Source: Phoronis australis (lineage: Eukaryota; Animalia; Phoronida). Taken from it: 64,000 nt of DNA. Below, one piece after another: positions 1 to 13,200 of this stretch (position 1 is its first letter; each line of letters starts with the position of its first letter). A program made the position numbers and the translations under genes. The notes beneath the pieces are model-generated. The model ran no database searches. It worked only from the letters and a program-made list of their open reading frames with translations, and was not told where the DNA came from. Location: NCBI GenBank assembly GCA_002633005.1, contig NMRA01000001.1:1962933-2026932 (forward strand), in the 5' to 3' direction.

Positions 1-123
1 TGATAATGATGATGATAATGATGATGATGATGATGATGGTGATGACAATGATGGTGGTGGTGGTGGTGATAATGATGATGATAATTACAATGATGGTGAT
101 GATGATGATGATGATTACAATGA

Positions 124-157
<34 letters not shown>

Positions 158-213
158 GGTGGTGGAGTGGTGATAATGATGATGATAATGATGATGATGA
201 TGTTGATGATGAT
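1..213. repeat. Imperfect (GAT)n/(GGT)n trinucleotide microsatellite
   Basis: Visible runs of GAT/GGT/AAT triplets; explains the Met-rich start of ORF 167..358. Confidence 0.95.
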
Positions 214-977
214 GGGGATCGCCAGAACATATTCAGCAGACAGTACGTCATCATTTCGTCTGTCAATTCCATTGCTTTATAAATATACACCACAGCTAGG
301 AACCAGACTGGCCGAAATCAGCGAGATTTTATCGTACTGTCAAGTGTGCTTGAAATGAAGACTTTAGGTGAAGGTAATAAAACATTTCTGAGTACGATTC
401 ACCATTAATTGTCCAACGTGTCCAGTTAGACTTGATCCCTAACTGCTTTGAACCAACTGACGAGTACTTGCTGCTGTTACACCAAGGCCTAGTGATGCAC
501 AAGTTTTATACAGTTTTAATTCTGTCTGGCAGTTAACAATTGACATTCCCCTGTACCTAAATCTGTCTATCGTTGCATGACTGTAAGACACATCAAGATA
601 TCCAACATCTTTCTGACCAGGGAAAACGTCGAATAATGTCTTCCTGGTCGGATTCAGGAGGCCCAACAGCAGGGATTATCAATCAGAAGAATGTTTAATC
701 AATGAAAAAAAAACAGTTTAAAATGTAGGAAAGTAAAGAATCGGAAACTTTCATATTAAGGAATCTTAAAAGATTAAAATAAACAACGTTTCACACTAGC
801 AGACGTCGTGCAACACAGTAAATTTCTAAGAAAACAAACTTAAGCTGAATTCCAATACAACGGTCACTACTTTTCGAAAAGGTGATTTCTAACTGACGTC
901 TCTGTACACCTGTCCCACAAAATGATGATTGGACTTGACAGTAGATGTCGCTTTTGAATTTTACTGTGCTTCTCACG

Positions 978-1331
978 CTACTTCATCCTATAGTGAAGCA
1001 AATAAATATAAGTAAATAAATAATAAATACCTGCGATCATAAAATATTCAAACATGTAGTCTTGAATGCCAACGCCAATAATTTGCTTGGCCGACATTTT
1101 CCCAATAATTAAAACGATCCCAATTGTTGTCACCAGCATAAACCAAAAACAGCTGAGAATCTTTTCCCCAGTGAAATGCTGTCTTGGTTGTGTCTCGTCC
1201 TGCACCGGCGCGTCATACTCGTCAGAATGATATGTGTGGACGCTGATTGAGCTTCCTGTTGACAATCTTCGGCGAAGTTGGTTGTCAGCGTTTGAAGAAA
1301 CTGGCCCTTGAATTGACGAACTGGTCGACAT
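978..1331 (-). CDS. Possible first coding exon of a membrane protein (weakly otopetrin-like N-terminus)
   Basis: 117-aa ORF with aaaATG start, Ser-rich/charged N-terminus, then two hydrophobic segments (ILSCFWFMLVTTIGIVLIIG; YMFEYFMIAGIYYLFTYIYLL). Downstream exons not identified; family call is an impression only. Confidence 0.3.
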   Translation of the reverse strand: MSTSSSIQGPVSSNADNQLRRRLSTGSSISVHTYHSDEYDAPVQDETQPRQHFTGEKILSCFWFMLVTTIGIVLIIGKMSAKQIIGVGIQDYMFEYFMIAGIYYLFTYIYLLHYRMK

Positions 1332-2091
1332 TTTCAGAATAGATTATTATAAACACACAGTTAGAAACACTACTTTTAAATTGCCTTGGTGAAGCAAGGA
1401 AACCCAGGTCTCTGAAATTTTGTTATCGTGCATGACAGATTACGGTATTGTCCGCCGTCTATCAGACTAAAGATAAACACTACTATCACACCTGGTCAAG
1501 GTGCACTGAGGAGCATTTCTAGTTTCAATTCTGTTTCCCGAAAATAGGTCGTCAGTGAGACTAGCACGTTTTCCTCGAATTGTGCGTTTAAATAATATGA
1601 TAGCTACAGCACTGACATAACATAGTAATGTTTTAAATCTAATCAAAAGACGAAGGACCGTGTATTGTGGTGCATGTCAAATAGAGAGATTCCTACACAA
1701 ATTATCTTAAAATCACGAGTAATCTATTCAAGAAATGCGTGATGTCCGTTTCCTTCAATCGTTTGTGGGTTTTCCGATTACTTTCCGAATTGTTTTTGCG
1801 ATAAAAATCACATTGGTTCTTAAAATGTAGTGTACTATGAAGAAATTATGTCCGCTGACCACTGCATAGCCAAAAGCCAGACCATTGTTGTCATGCAAAG
1901 GAAGTTTGTTTCGCTTTGTAGACAACTTGGATTCATTTTTTAATATGCAATACTGCCAACGAGCTAGGCAAAGAAAATGGTTCATCATTTAGACACCGGC
2001 CAAGTGTGATGAGTGGTGACGGGGAGAGGGAAAATCCCTCATAAAAGAGGCCGCCTCTGTCAACAACAATGTCCTGATAAAGATCGTAAGG

Positions 2092-2695
2092 TACCGTAAA
2101 ACCTGGAATTCAAGAATATGGTCTTATAGGCGAAACGATGCATTTTTGGGACATTTCAAAACGCAACAACATGGGGGTGCAGCAATGAAATAATTGGGGG
2201 TCTATAGCCCCTCCCCCAGCTCCCCTATGTTGAGCCGTCCATCATGATGAACAACCTCGATTATAAGGCCAGGCCATTTCTTTGGATATGAGAAATCGGT
2301 CGTCATTTTTTGCCAATTGTCCAACGTACTGCTAAACTAATGCTATATTTCGCACTGTTTAGCAGACTAAAGAACGAGAATCAATTTAAACATTTTGCTT
2401 TCATGAAATCGGCATAATACTCCTAACTTTGATGGGATTCCATTTCCGTTACTAATTGAATCACAACAATGCTTACATGCACAATTTTCGAGTGAGCATT
2501 TCAGAGTTGGGCAACATCGATAAAGTAATAGAAAAAATACGATGAACAAAAAACAAATGTTAATTTCATATTAGAATCAAGGCTTTAACTGATAATTGTC
2601 CGTACCGGAATTCAAATGACCCCAAGTATTTGAATACAAGGCCATACTGGAATATAAGGCCGTGGCCTTATACAGTTCTTCCAGGTTTTACGGTA
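2092..2695. mobile_element. MITE with TA-flanked TIRs (Tc1/mariner/pogo-like, non-autonomous)
   Basis: TACCGTAAAACCTGGAA at 2092-2108 and exact reverse complement TTCCAGGTTTTACGGTA at 2679-2695. Confidence 0.75.
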
Positions 2696-3341
2696 GTGGC
2701 TCAAACGGAATTCACGTGAATCTATATATCATATCACCTGAACACCACTGAGATCACGAGTCATAAATTTCAACGCAATTATCTCTCGGCTGATGTGAAG
2801 CTATTGTGAAGTGTCTTCCCTACAAAATGTCGAGCCTTCAAGAACTATAGCAAATTGAATCATTGAACCTTTTAACCCGGCGAACTTTACATGACGCGAT
2901 ATAAAGGTTCGAATTTCCCATCGAATCGACAGACTTACACTTGTGTGTAGTACGCACAGGCATTGCTTCAAATTTTGATGTTGACAAGTTTTTAAAGCCG
3001 TTTGCATGTCTTGTTATCGTTGTTCACTTTTTTGACTACGAAATAGGAAAAACAAGCGACATAAGTTCCGTTTTGTGTCTGAAATTGGCCAAAACTGACT
3101 TCGTATATTCAAACAATAAGGCAAAATTCTAAAAGCACCAATGTATAAAACACTTTCATCAGTTCAATACCAAGTTTTATTTCTTAAAAGCGAAGACGAT
3201 CGTTGAGGTTGGCGAGGTCTGTCATATCTTAGTCTAAATCAACGATGAATTTTCATTCATGTTGATGACGCTATGGCTTGATACGTGACTTGTTCCTAGC
3301 GCAAGTAGATGACGCCACGTTAGCCAAACGACGTACAAGCA

Positions 3342-3724
3342 TGAAAATAATTTCCACCCGGGTGAAAATAATTTCCACCTAGGTTGAAATAGTTTCCACC
3401 CGGGAGAAAATAATTTCCACCCGGGTGAAAATAATTTCCACTTAGGTTGAAATAGTTTCCACCCGAGTGAAAATAATTTCCACCTGGGTTGAAATAGTTT
3501 CCACCCGGGTGAAAATAATTTCCACCTAGGTTGAAATAGTTTCCACCCGGGTGAAAATAATTTCCACCTAGGTTGAAATAGTTTCCACCCGGGTGAAAAT
3601 AATTTCCACCTGGGTTGAAATAGTTTCCACCCGGGTGAAGATAATTTCCACCTAGGTTGAAATAATTTCCACCCGGGTGAAAATAATTTCCACCTAGGTT
3701 GAAATATTTCCCCCTAGGTGGAAA
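3342..3724. repeat. 21-bp minisatellite, about 18 copies, quasi-palindromic unit, two alternating variants
   Basis: Units TTTCCACCCGGGTGAAAATAA and TTTCCACCTAGGTTGAAATAG alternate through most of the array. Confidence 0.95.
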
Positions 3725-4784
3725 AGGAGAAATAAAAAAATTAATAAACTAAAACAGCGATGATACTTTCGGGCCACCGTAGGTCGTTGAATTTTTTTTT
3801 GGAATGTTACGCGTACTTATTTTGTTAAAATAGCATTGGTGTTTAGTTCCTTACGTAGGGCGGCCGAACCTAGGAACCAATATGAGTCGAACCAATTTTT
3901 TCCGTTTTGATTTTTTCTCGTTTTGAAAAAGTGTTTTTGCTGTCATCGGAAAGGTAGTGCATACTACTCAGTAAAAATCGAAAAAGTATCAAAATCGGGC
4001 AAGCACTGTTAAGTTATTGCAATTTTTGTGGCGAAATTTGGGTCACTTTGTTTGGATCAGTCGCGTCGGCCATATTGGAGGACAGCGGTATAAGTTACGA
4101 GTTTAAAACTTTGTGTAAATTGTTTTCGTCAACAATTTACGGTGAAATTTAGTGAGACATATCTTTACTTACTATTCTGCACGATTCAACAGTGTTCACC
4201 AAATTTCATCCTCGCAGTTGTTACTCATTAAGTGATAAATGTGCTCACAATTCCCGTTGGACTTCGTCTCATTTCTGGCGGCACCGACAACATGGCGACT
4301 TTTGCTGAACTGGAAGGCATGTTCAACCTGTTACTTTGTAATTTTTGAAGATTTAACGGTGATACATTTAGACAAACGTTGCTACAAAAAAGGAACTTTG
4401 TTCAATTTTGAGTTTGAAGCGCTATCAAGGCGATGACGGCTTTTCACTTCCGACCAGTGAGGATGCGAAGGCCCGTAGCTCGGCAGCATTGCGCGGAGGT
4501 GGATTCTAAACTAAAAAGCGGCTAGGCTTCATTTTCCTGAGATGAGTCGGAATTCGTTATCCCAGAAATGAGGATGCCATGACAGCTAGTCGCAAAAAAA
4601 CGGCCCGCCGAACTCGGATGTGATGTGGTCCAGAAAGTTTTGTTTCTGGATTTATTTACTGAGCGTAACCCTGTCCAAACTTCCAAGCCAGGTGCGCTGC
4701 GGAGTATTATAACTCATTGCATTCTGGGACTGAAATATTTAGTAGGAGAAGACCTGATGAAATTTTTTATCAGGTTGTAGTTGC

Positions 4785-5035
4785 CAGGGCTTGAACTGAT
4801 CAATGACAAAAAAGAGAAACAATATCCGGTGATGCATGGTTCCACAAATAAATAGGCTTGTGTGATACTGAGAAATATTTTTTGTGTTTTAAAATTTAAT
4901 TGAAATAAACATTTTTGCACAAATAAAGTAAAAAATGATAAAAAAGAGGCGAAAAAGAGGAAACTAGAAATCAAATAAGAGGAAATCGAAACCAAAAAAG
5001 GAAATCCTCTTAAAAGAGGAAAATTCAAAGCCTTG
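4785..5035 (+). mobile_element. MITE with CAGGGCTT-type TIRs and 6-bp TSD (hAT-like)
   Basis: CAGGGCTTGAA...TTCAAAGCCTTG flanked by AGTTGC on both sides (4779-4784, 5036-5041); related copies at 10165, 22278-23856 and 33650-33884. Confidence 0.8.
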
Positions 5036-7068
5036 AGTTGCGTGCGTGTAACTTAATAGGCCCTACTTGGATTTTGAGGACAGACAAAAGTTTTACAAGT
5101 CCATGAGGTTCACCATTGAATTACTCATATCTACATGTCCCCTCTCACTCCTCACGACTTGTCCATTTACAGGAAATATAATTTGGATGCAATTGGTGAT
5201 GACTTCCACTTCATAATTATATCTAGATTCCTTTTCTACAGACAGAGAACGACTATCCCATCCCTCATACGTTATCCATTCAAATAAGTTCAAATCTGTC
5301 AACCTCAGGAGTTTAAAACCAGGACAGAAACTCAAGAAGTTAGTAAAATTTATTAAAATAACACTATCCAGTTTCTCTCGACTTCTAATCTTTATTTAGA
5401 GCCCACTGAAATCTCGTTTGCACAATTCTAGTCCATGATTTTTCGTTTAGTAGTCTAGCGCTTTTTTACAACACTGGTATTCTATTTGTTGCAACTTATT
5501 AATTACTCTGTTTAGTGCCTATAGTTGGTCACTTATTTGGTTATCCTGCTGTATGCTTGTTATTGGTTCAGTTCAGTTCATTTGGTTAGTTATTTTCATT
5601 ACTGTTAGAACATTTTTGTGGGCTACCGCAGTCATACATTTGGCTGTACCGGTACTTCTCTCACTGTATTTAATGAATAAATCTAATTCGAAAATCTTGT
5701 TTGAAAATTCCATAGTCAATTCTTGTTATTTTTGAAAACGCTCGAAGGGTAACAATAACAAAATTGCAAGTTGTTGGGGAGTAGCCTATGAAACATGTTT
5801 GATCAAAGGCATCTTGTTGTGCCTTGTACCAGGCACAATCTACCAGGTGCACTTGGAAGCCAACATTGTGTCTCAAGTCGGAATCAACAAGCAGGATTTT
5901 GCATTAGACGAAAAAAAATGAAAACTGGATCCTAGCAGCAGGTCATGCTCGAGTAGGACACGACAAGTAAGCACTGTGTTGTATGCTAGTGTCTCATCCT
6001 TGAAATTGACAATTACCATACACAAGAAGCCCATAGTTAAAGAGACTGATAAAATAATTTTAGATTGCTCGGATGACCAGTGTACTTGTGTGGAGTATCC
6101 TATCTAATGTATGGCTTAGCCAATCACCTGAACTGACATGCATTTAAACATCAAAGGTTCAGACAAGAGCACCAAATTTATATTTAAAATAAATGTTTTT
6201 CCATTATACACAATCATAATTAGGGTTCACAGATAGACACCGGAGATTTCCAAAGAACTGACATTTCCAAAACTTGACACAAAAGCACATTGTTTCAAAT
6301 AACATCATGTTAATTTTGTCCTTAGTACAGTGAAAACAATTCCAAATCCTCTTTAAAGTGCCAAGGAACTGACCACAAAATGTACAAAAAGACATAACAG
6401 TTATGTGATAATTTTTGTCTTGGGTAGCCATGCAGGTTAACGGGAGTCCACTATGACAGAAATCTTTGGTATCTCCCATCCATTGGAACAGCGGTACACT
6501 GAATTAAGAACTATTTACATAATAGGACAATAAGTTATGGACAATTATTTAAGCATTCTGCTGGTTCACAAGGGGCCCAAATGACCACACTGTGCGGGTG
6601 TGTACCCAAAGAAATAAAGGCCACACTTGACCGACTTCACCGATTCTGCCGTGTCAACCATCTAAGACCTCTGAATGGTTCTCGATGATGACTTTCGGTT
6701 CACAACCCAATCAGCTGCTTTAGCTACTTGACCTGGCAAAAATGGAGAGAGGCAATCAAGTGCAGCCAATAAGATCATCCCAACTACATACCATGGTTAC
6801 GGAGTATTGTCGAAACTAATTTTCCTTTTAAATGTGATATACTGAAACCAATGAGAGATGGCATCAAGTTGCACTGATGCATTGCTTTCAATAATTTAGC
6901 TTGTGACGGTGAATGCACTACAGTAGCGGAGCAAGAAAACAGAAGCTGAAGGTGTAGAGTACTCTCAAACTATAGACATTTTTCCGTGGTGTTTGCATGT
7001 GTTTGTGTGTGTGTTTGTGTGTGTAAGACAAATTTTTATGAGCTCGGTGCTACAGTGTGGCCTGTCCA

Positions 7069-7215
7069 TCAACCGTACATAAGATGAAACGTCAACCACC
7101 ACATGAACACAGGCTGTAAGAGGGCGATAAAAAGCAGCAGGTAAAGTCGTCGTTTATTGCCACTCGTAATGTTCTCTGCATCGCCAGAGAACAGCTGTGA
7201 TTTGAGGGTCCGCAT
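7069..7215 (-). CDS. YIF1: YIF1 exon 9 (terminal)
   Basis: cag|[48 protein letters not shown]. Confidence 0.9.
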   Translation of the reverse strand: MRTLKSQLFSGDAENITSGNKRRLYLLLFIALLQPVFMWWLTFHLMYG

Positions 7216-10200
7216 CTGAAAGGGATCAAAAAACACTCGTGATAACGTAGGTCAGGAAGAGCAAGGCGGTGGTACAGACCGCACGACTTTTGGTAACAAG
7301 AGATTTCTGACAACGCATGAGATTTATGGAGGTATTTTTGTTGCATTACAAAGCAATGTCAGTGACACAAGAGCCGATTTCCCACCGCTAGGTAACAAGA
7401 TACTGATCACCTTAATATTTAACTGTCTACAGTGCATGTGACACCAGTCACTTGCCCACATTCAGGGAAGAAAAAAATTCAACAAGTGCATTGTGTACGC
7501 AACTGAGGAATTGTAGCGCAGACACTGGACAATGGTGAGTGATTTGTTTTCTGCCACTGATATCAAGAAAAGGCGAAAAACTTTTATTAAACACAAGCTT
7601 AGTTGCTAATGCAACATAACTCACCAAGAAAACTGCGAGAGTAATACTGGTCCACAGTAATGCCAAATAGTAACCAGTTGACTGGAACATCAGGCCAGAT
7701 AACACTGTCACAATCATCCTGCAACAAGCAAATCATATCAAGTTGCACTGTTGTGTTATTGCTGAGGTGAGTTCAAGGCATGACTCAAGCTCCAGTAGTG
7801 GCTTCCATTTTAAGAAAATGTAATTTCAATTAATACCTTTATTACAGCAAATACCAATTTAAGTGGATGAAGTGTGAATGTAAAGCAGTGGATGAATACC
7901 AACAAAATGAACTTTATTTCGGTAATAAAGGTTTCACATTATAAAGGGCTTTTAAATGTTTTTTTGTATGATGGGCCCATTGTATGAAATCTGTTGTTGC
8001 TTTTTAAGTCCCAAAGCATGTGTCCATAACACACTTTTTATGTCAAAATTCTTCTGTGTATTTACAATATAACGTATTAGTTAATTTTATTGACAATTTT
8101 TTTTTAACAAACAAATACATAATACAACTGGAAAGTTCTTGAAGATGCTTTTACTCAAAGTTTGAGGCAACTGACATTGTCTCAGCAAATTTTAAAAATT
8201 GTCAAGGTTTCCAGTCCAATCCCCGGGGTTCCTGTTTTGAAGGTTAGGATTCATGTTTTAAAGATCAGGTTCGGGGTTTTCAGGCTGGTAAGCAGTTTTG
8301 AAGGTGCAGTAGGCTGTTTTCGACTCCGGGATATCTGTTTTACACCGGGCTTCCAATTTCAATGAAACACCTTGATATTGGAGACCCACTTACCCTACGT
8401 ATTTATATCCGCAATAAGCTATCAGATCCAAGTACTTGAGATTTGAATTGACGTTCATCACATAAAGGGTGAATAGGACAGCCAGAATCTCAATAATCAA
8501 CCAAACCAGGGCCGAGCTCGACTGAATACCAAGCTGTTCAGGTGTGAATCTACAAGCAGAAACCAAAAATACAGTATATACAAGAGAGCAGTCAGGAATT
8601 CGAGTAGCAATAACAGCCATTATTTAGTATTGCGATGACCACAAGATGGCTGTAGAGTTTTGGCTAGACAAATGTTAAACGCAATCTACGTTGATGGAGA
8701 TGTAAGCCCTGGGATTTTACGGCATTTACAAATTCTTTGCGGTACCGTCTCGCCAAATTGCCTCCACTGTGCAGCAAGATGTTCAACCAACCAAAACAAA
8801 AAACAATGTTGAGAAATGTCTCAGGATGAAAAAAAATCACATTTCATCTTCATCAACTCGGCCCGTTTTGAGCAAAAGAATTTAAGACTGAATCAAGAGA
8901 TAGTTGGTTTCAAGTTTTTACTGTTGTAAAGAGTTCAAGGCTGGATGTTTGCGCTCATTAATTACTTAGCTAAACATTGTTTTCAGCAATTGTAAAGTGG
9001 GAGCGTAAGGCCAAATTTCTAAGTCTAAAGTCACTTCCATGAAACAGACCTCTGGGCTTTGAAACAACTCAGTTGATCTGGCATAACATAATAAGCAAGA
9101 CAGCATTCACAGAAATGGATCGTTTTTAGTAGCATTATATCAACAAGCTGCCACCAAAAGAATCATTGCAATCAATCAAAAAAATTCAAAAAGTCAACCC
9201 ACACAATGCCATCAAAACTGCACTCTTGTAATTATTTAACAAGAAAATGACGTAACCTTGGAGGCAGATTGTAATCACAAGGCCATTCTCACTTTTATCC
9301 ATCAATTAAATGAATGACAAATTTGTAATTCAAATAAACAATAACCATCAACAACTCTAAAAAAAAACACAGATGGTACCTCTACACATATATATGGCAT
9401 GGAAGCAAAGTTTTTAAACGTTATCAGAACTTCCTCATTATCTTCATATGTCGAGATAAAATGTTTTCTTTAAAGACTGACAGGCATCATCAGAATATTT
9501 GAATTTCAGAACAATGAGTATGTGTTTAACAAAGTTCATTGACTGAAACTGCCTGGTTTCAAAACAACAAGTTAACTACAAGAGCCGTCACTCACTTGTT
9601 ATTTGTTCCCAGGGCGACCCCAGCCACCAGTATGTACGTAACAAAGGCCATCACTAGAACAGAAAGCATTATCATTCCATGACACAAAGGATTCTACAGT
9701 CTGCGCCCAAGTGCAATTCAGTGTCATAGCAACCATCTGACACAGGAGGGAACGACTGGAATTTTACTATAACAGGATCTAAATGCTTATTTTCGTTGGG
9801 TCTTGTGGGAGTGACGAGTGATGAAATCACTAACCACTGTTTTCACTGTAATCGAAATTGGCCCAGTGCTGTAGTGGTAAAATTTGAGGTAAGTAGGCGC
9901 CCAAAGTCCACCGTATCACCTTGAGCACTGAACGTAACTCACGGTGCGTAGGCGCTACGTTCAAATGCCAAAAGGCGGTTGGCTGCGCATATGCCCAAGT
10001 ACAGCACTGAATTAGCCGTCATAAAGGGAAAACAGTATTCTGTAAGGTTGCTTTTGGCATTGGCTTAAACTGTGACACACTCCGTCTTCAAGCTTAGAAT
10101 GAGTAGAAACAATAATCAAGGGATGCTAAAAGCAGACGTACTTTTCACAGCCACATTCAATGTTCAGGGCTTGGAATGACCAATGACAAAAAGAGGAAAA

Positions 10201-13200
10201 TTTTCCAGGCGATGTATCATCCCACAAATAAATAGGCTTGCGTGATAATAATATTTTTAGTGTAGTAAAATTCAACTGCCTTCACTTTCTTTGATAAAAT
10301 GTCACCCTAATAGACTGTAAGGTAAGTCCCTATGCACCTCTGCCCTAGACATTTGCTGATGCTAAAAACTGAGTGTTTAGCGGTTTACCAAAAAGCGTAA
10401 AACGACACTGACTAACTTGTAAAACCCTTAAATAAATCTTCTTTTTTTATTAAAGATAACATATTATTTAGTTTAAAAATGTCTATTTTATATTGAGTTT
10501 TTGTTATTTGGCGTTTGACAATAGCGTGCGACATAAAATTTCACAATAACGTCATACTGAGCAATAGCAAACATAGACATTAGGTGTGACTTGACCGAAA
10601 TGGTAATTTGAATTTATTAAAGAAACTAAATTCTTATAAGAAGTCTCAGATTGTTCTCATCAACTAAACATTTTTCACAATCCAACAACATAACATTATA
10701 ATTGTCAACTAATGAAATGCAACGAGATAATCACCATTTTGAGGTCAAATTGTGCCTTCTGTGATACTGTTTGAGATAAAACAACCAAAAATGAAATTGG
10801 TTATCACTAATCACTCTTTGTACTCTACTAACAGGAAATGCAAGGAGCTTAAAGACAAAATTCAACCGTGTAACTTTTTGTGTACCAGAAGCTATAACAC
10901 TAAAATTTGAGGTGCTCAAAATCCAGAAAAAACTTTTTGTTTGTACCCTAACATGGCAAATCAATAAACCAGGAAATATAATCTAAGCCATTAACAAATT
11001 ACATAAAACTGACATTGTAGTGTCTAGTTACCTGGTATGTATAGGTCAGGTGCATTGATCTCATATCTTGGGGCAACAGGTTCGTCTTGACTGTACCTTA
11101 TAGACCAGTCCTAAGCAATAAAGGAAACCACTATGAGACTACAACAGGACAAAACAAATATCACCAAATATGCCACCATGATAGTTAAGCTTTACATAGA
11201 TGATGCTATTAAAAACTTTTGATGACATCACAGTTTAAGACTAGACGTTAATTCTGATTCAAATGTGTTCACCTTTGAGACAAGATTGTACAAATTGATG
11301 CAAAATTTCCGAAAAACTCCATGCAGTACAAAGATACAGAGGCAATGAACGGAATGCGTCTCCAAAATTTCACAAACATCCATCAAGGAGTTTTGGAGAT
11401 ACAGCAAGGGACGACGGACGGACAGAGACGACGACACACTGCACAAACACACAAATACGTGGGTGCACAAAAATCAATCGATACACATTAAGAACACATG
11501 CAAATGTAAACTCATTCCACACATACTACGTAATTTCATTTTGGCACTTACCTTGTGTGTGAATGGAAAAAGGAGTAGGGCCAACTTTTTACCAACGTAA
11601 ACTGTGTCCACAGCAAAGTAGTACTTTAATTTGGATGGCGAGATATATTTTTCTATCTGAAATCCACAGAGAAACCACAATTGAAAGAGCACACGTTGTA
11701 ACCAGCCTTGGCTACTTGAGGCCTTGCCGATGAAGAGTGGTGACAGGGAGGGGGTATGGATTTTCCCTCAATTAAACAGAAGGTACAGGCACCTTCAACT
11801 TCAGGTGAGCGAGGGCTCTGCTAATACAGACCTATTCTTGAAGAAGTAAGTTGAGTGATCGAATTTCCCGTGTAATTCAACTTAAAACAAAATAGCATGC
11901 CATACAGTAGCTTCTTTCCTTATACTAGCAAGAGACCCAACAAAAGTAATGACAGTATTCATTTTCATATTTTGGAATTAACTATCTTTTTTAAAACATT
12001 TTTTTCTATGATCACAATACAATATATTACCGTATTCGCCCTAATATGCGCCTATGCCCCTATAAGCGCCCCCACGCGTTTTCAGACTTCACTAAAATAT
12101 TAAGTGCCCAGCCCATGAACATGTACACATGCGAAAAATGGCTTACTTACAGTTCAAAAATTCTACAGTAACGTCTTCAATTTATCAATAATATTTAACA
12201 GTCCTGAAAAAATTATTGTGTGCAGAATTTCTAGACCATTAGCCTCGCCGCTATGTCAGTATTTAGCTGTGACTATACACTTCAAACTTCCGCAGTGCTT
12301 CAAAAAAGAACGCAAAAGTTTTGCTGATCTTGCGAGGAACGTGTCCCACTATGGTCAGGCCTTTCAGAAAAGATAGGTATCAGCACCCGACCAAACTAAT
12401 TTACTTGTACAGGTTAACGCCAAGAGCACTTCACTCGGAGAACTAAAAAATAATGATGACATAAAAACAAAGGTTTGAGAAGTTGAGTTCATGCATCAAA
12501 GTAACGTGCAGGAGTCACGTCAAACGTAGTTAGAGAGTACAGGTATTTTACCACCCACATAAGGCATGGTGTCGCTGTAACTCCCAACTTCAGTAAAAGT
12601 AAGCAAAACCTGTATGTTTTGGGTGCTAAAATTCACACGAGATCGGTGTTCACAAAGACACAGGCACTTTCAAGGAAGCATCAATTGTAAAAATTAGACA
12701 AGCATTAAGCCGAGAAAGGATATCAAAAAGAGAAAACTTGAAAATTTGATGGTTAGGTGTTAGTTAAATACTGGTGATTATTGTTATCAAATTAGCCCCA
12801 GTACGATATTCTCTCCACAAACATGGAGTTGCCCTATGTTTGAAAAGTTCTGAGCCATGTTCAAAAAGTCTGAGGTTTTTCTGCTTCAAAGGAGTACTGG
12901 CGCTCATTTCCTGGAAAGATCACAGTGACAGACAGATTTTTCTGCGACTTGTCACAAAAATTAGGACTCCAACACAAAACCCACAGTTTGAGCCACGTTG
13001 AGGACATTTCTGAGAAAGAACCCTATCGTGATTTAACAACTAGCAATGGCAGATATTTTCCTTACATTTTTGTGCATGTAATCCTTGCCCTGGTCAGCCA
13101 GAGATGACCCATACTGCATGGCCATGTTAGCCACCATTGGGTCAGTGAACAGTTGCTGACCAGGCACCATTGGAGTACTGCTGGCGCTTCCTGGTGTCTG

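Noticed and set aside
167-358. Met-rich ORF
   Set aside because: Begins in the GAT microsatellite; no recognisable protein
3342-3724. CRISPR-like array
   Set aside because: Units are contiguous with no unique spacers, no cas genes, eukaryotic context
7092-7346. ORF containing RTLRVAI as YIF1 last exon
   Set aside because: The other frame from acceptor 7215 gives the conserved [10 protein letters not shown]-terminus in correct phase
12028-12075. TACCGTA-type TIR as an intact MITE
   Set aside because: No matching opposite TIR found nearby; only a remnant
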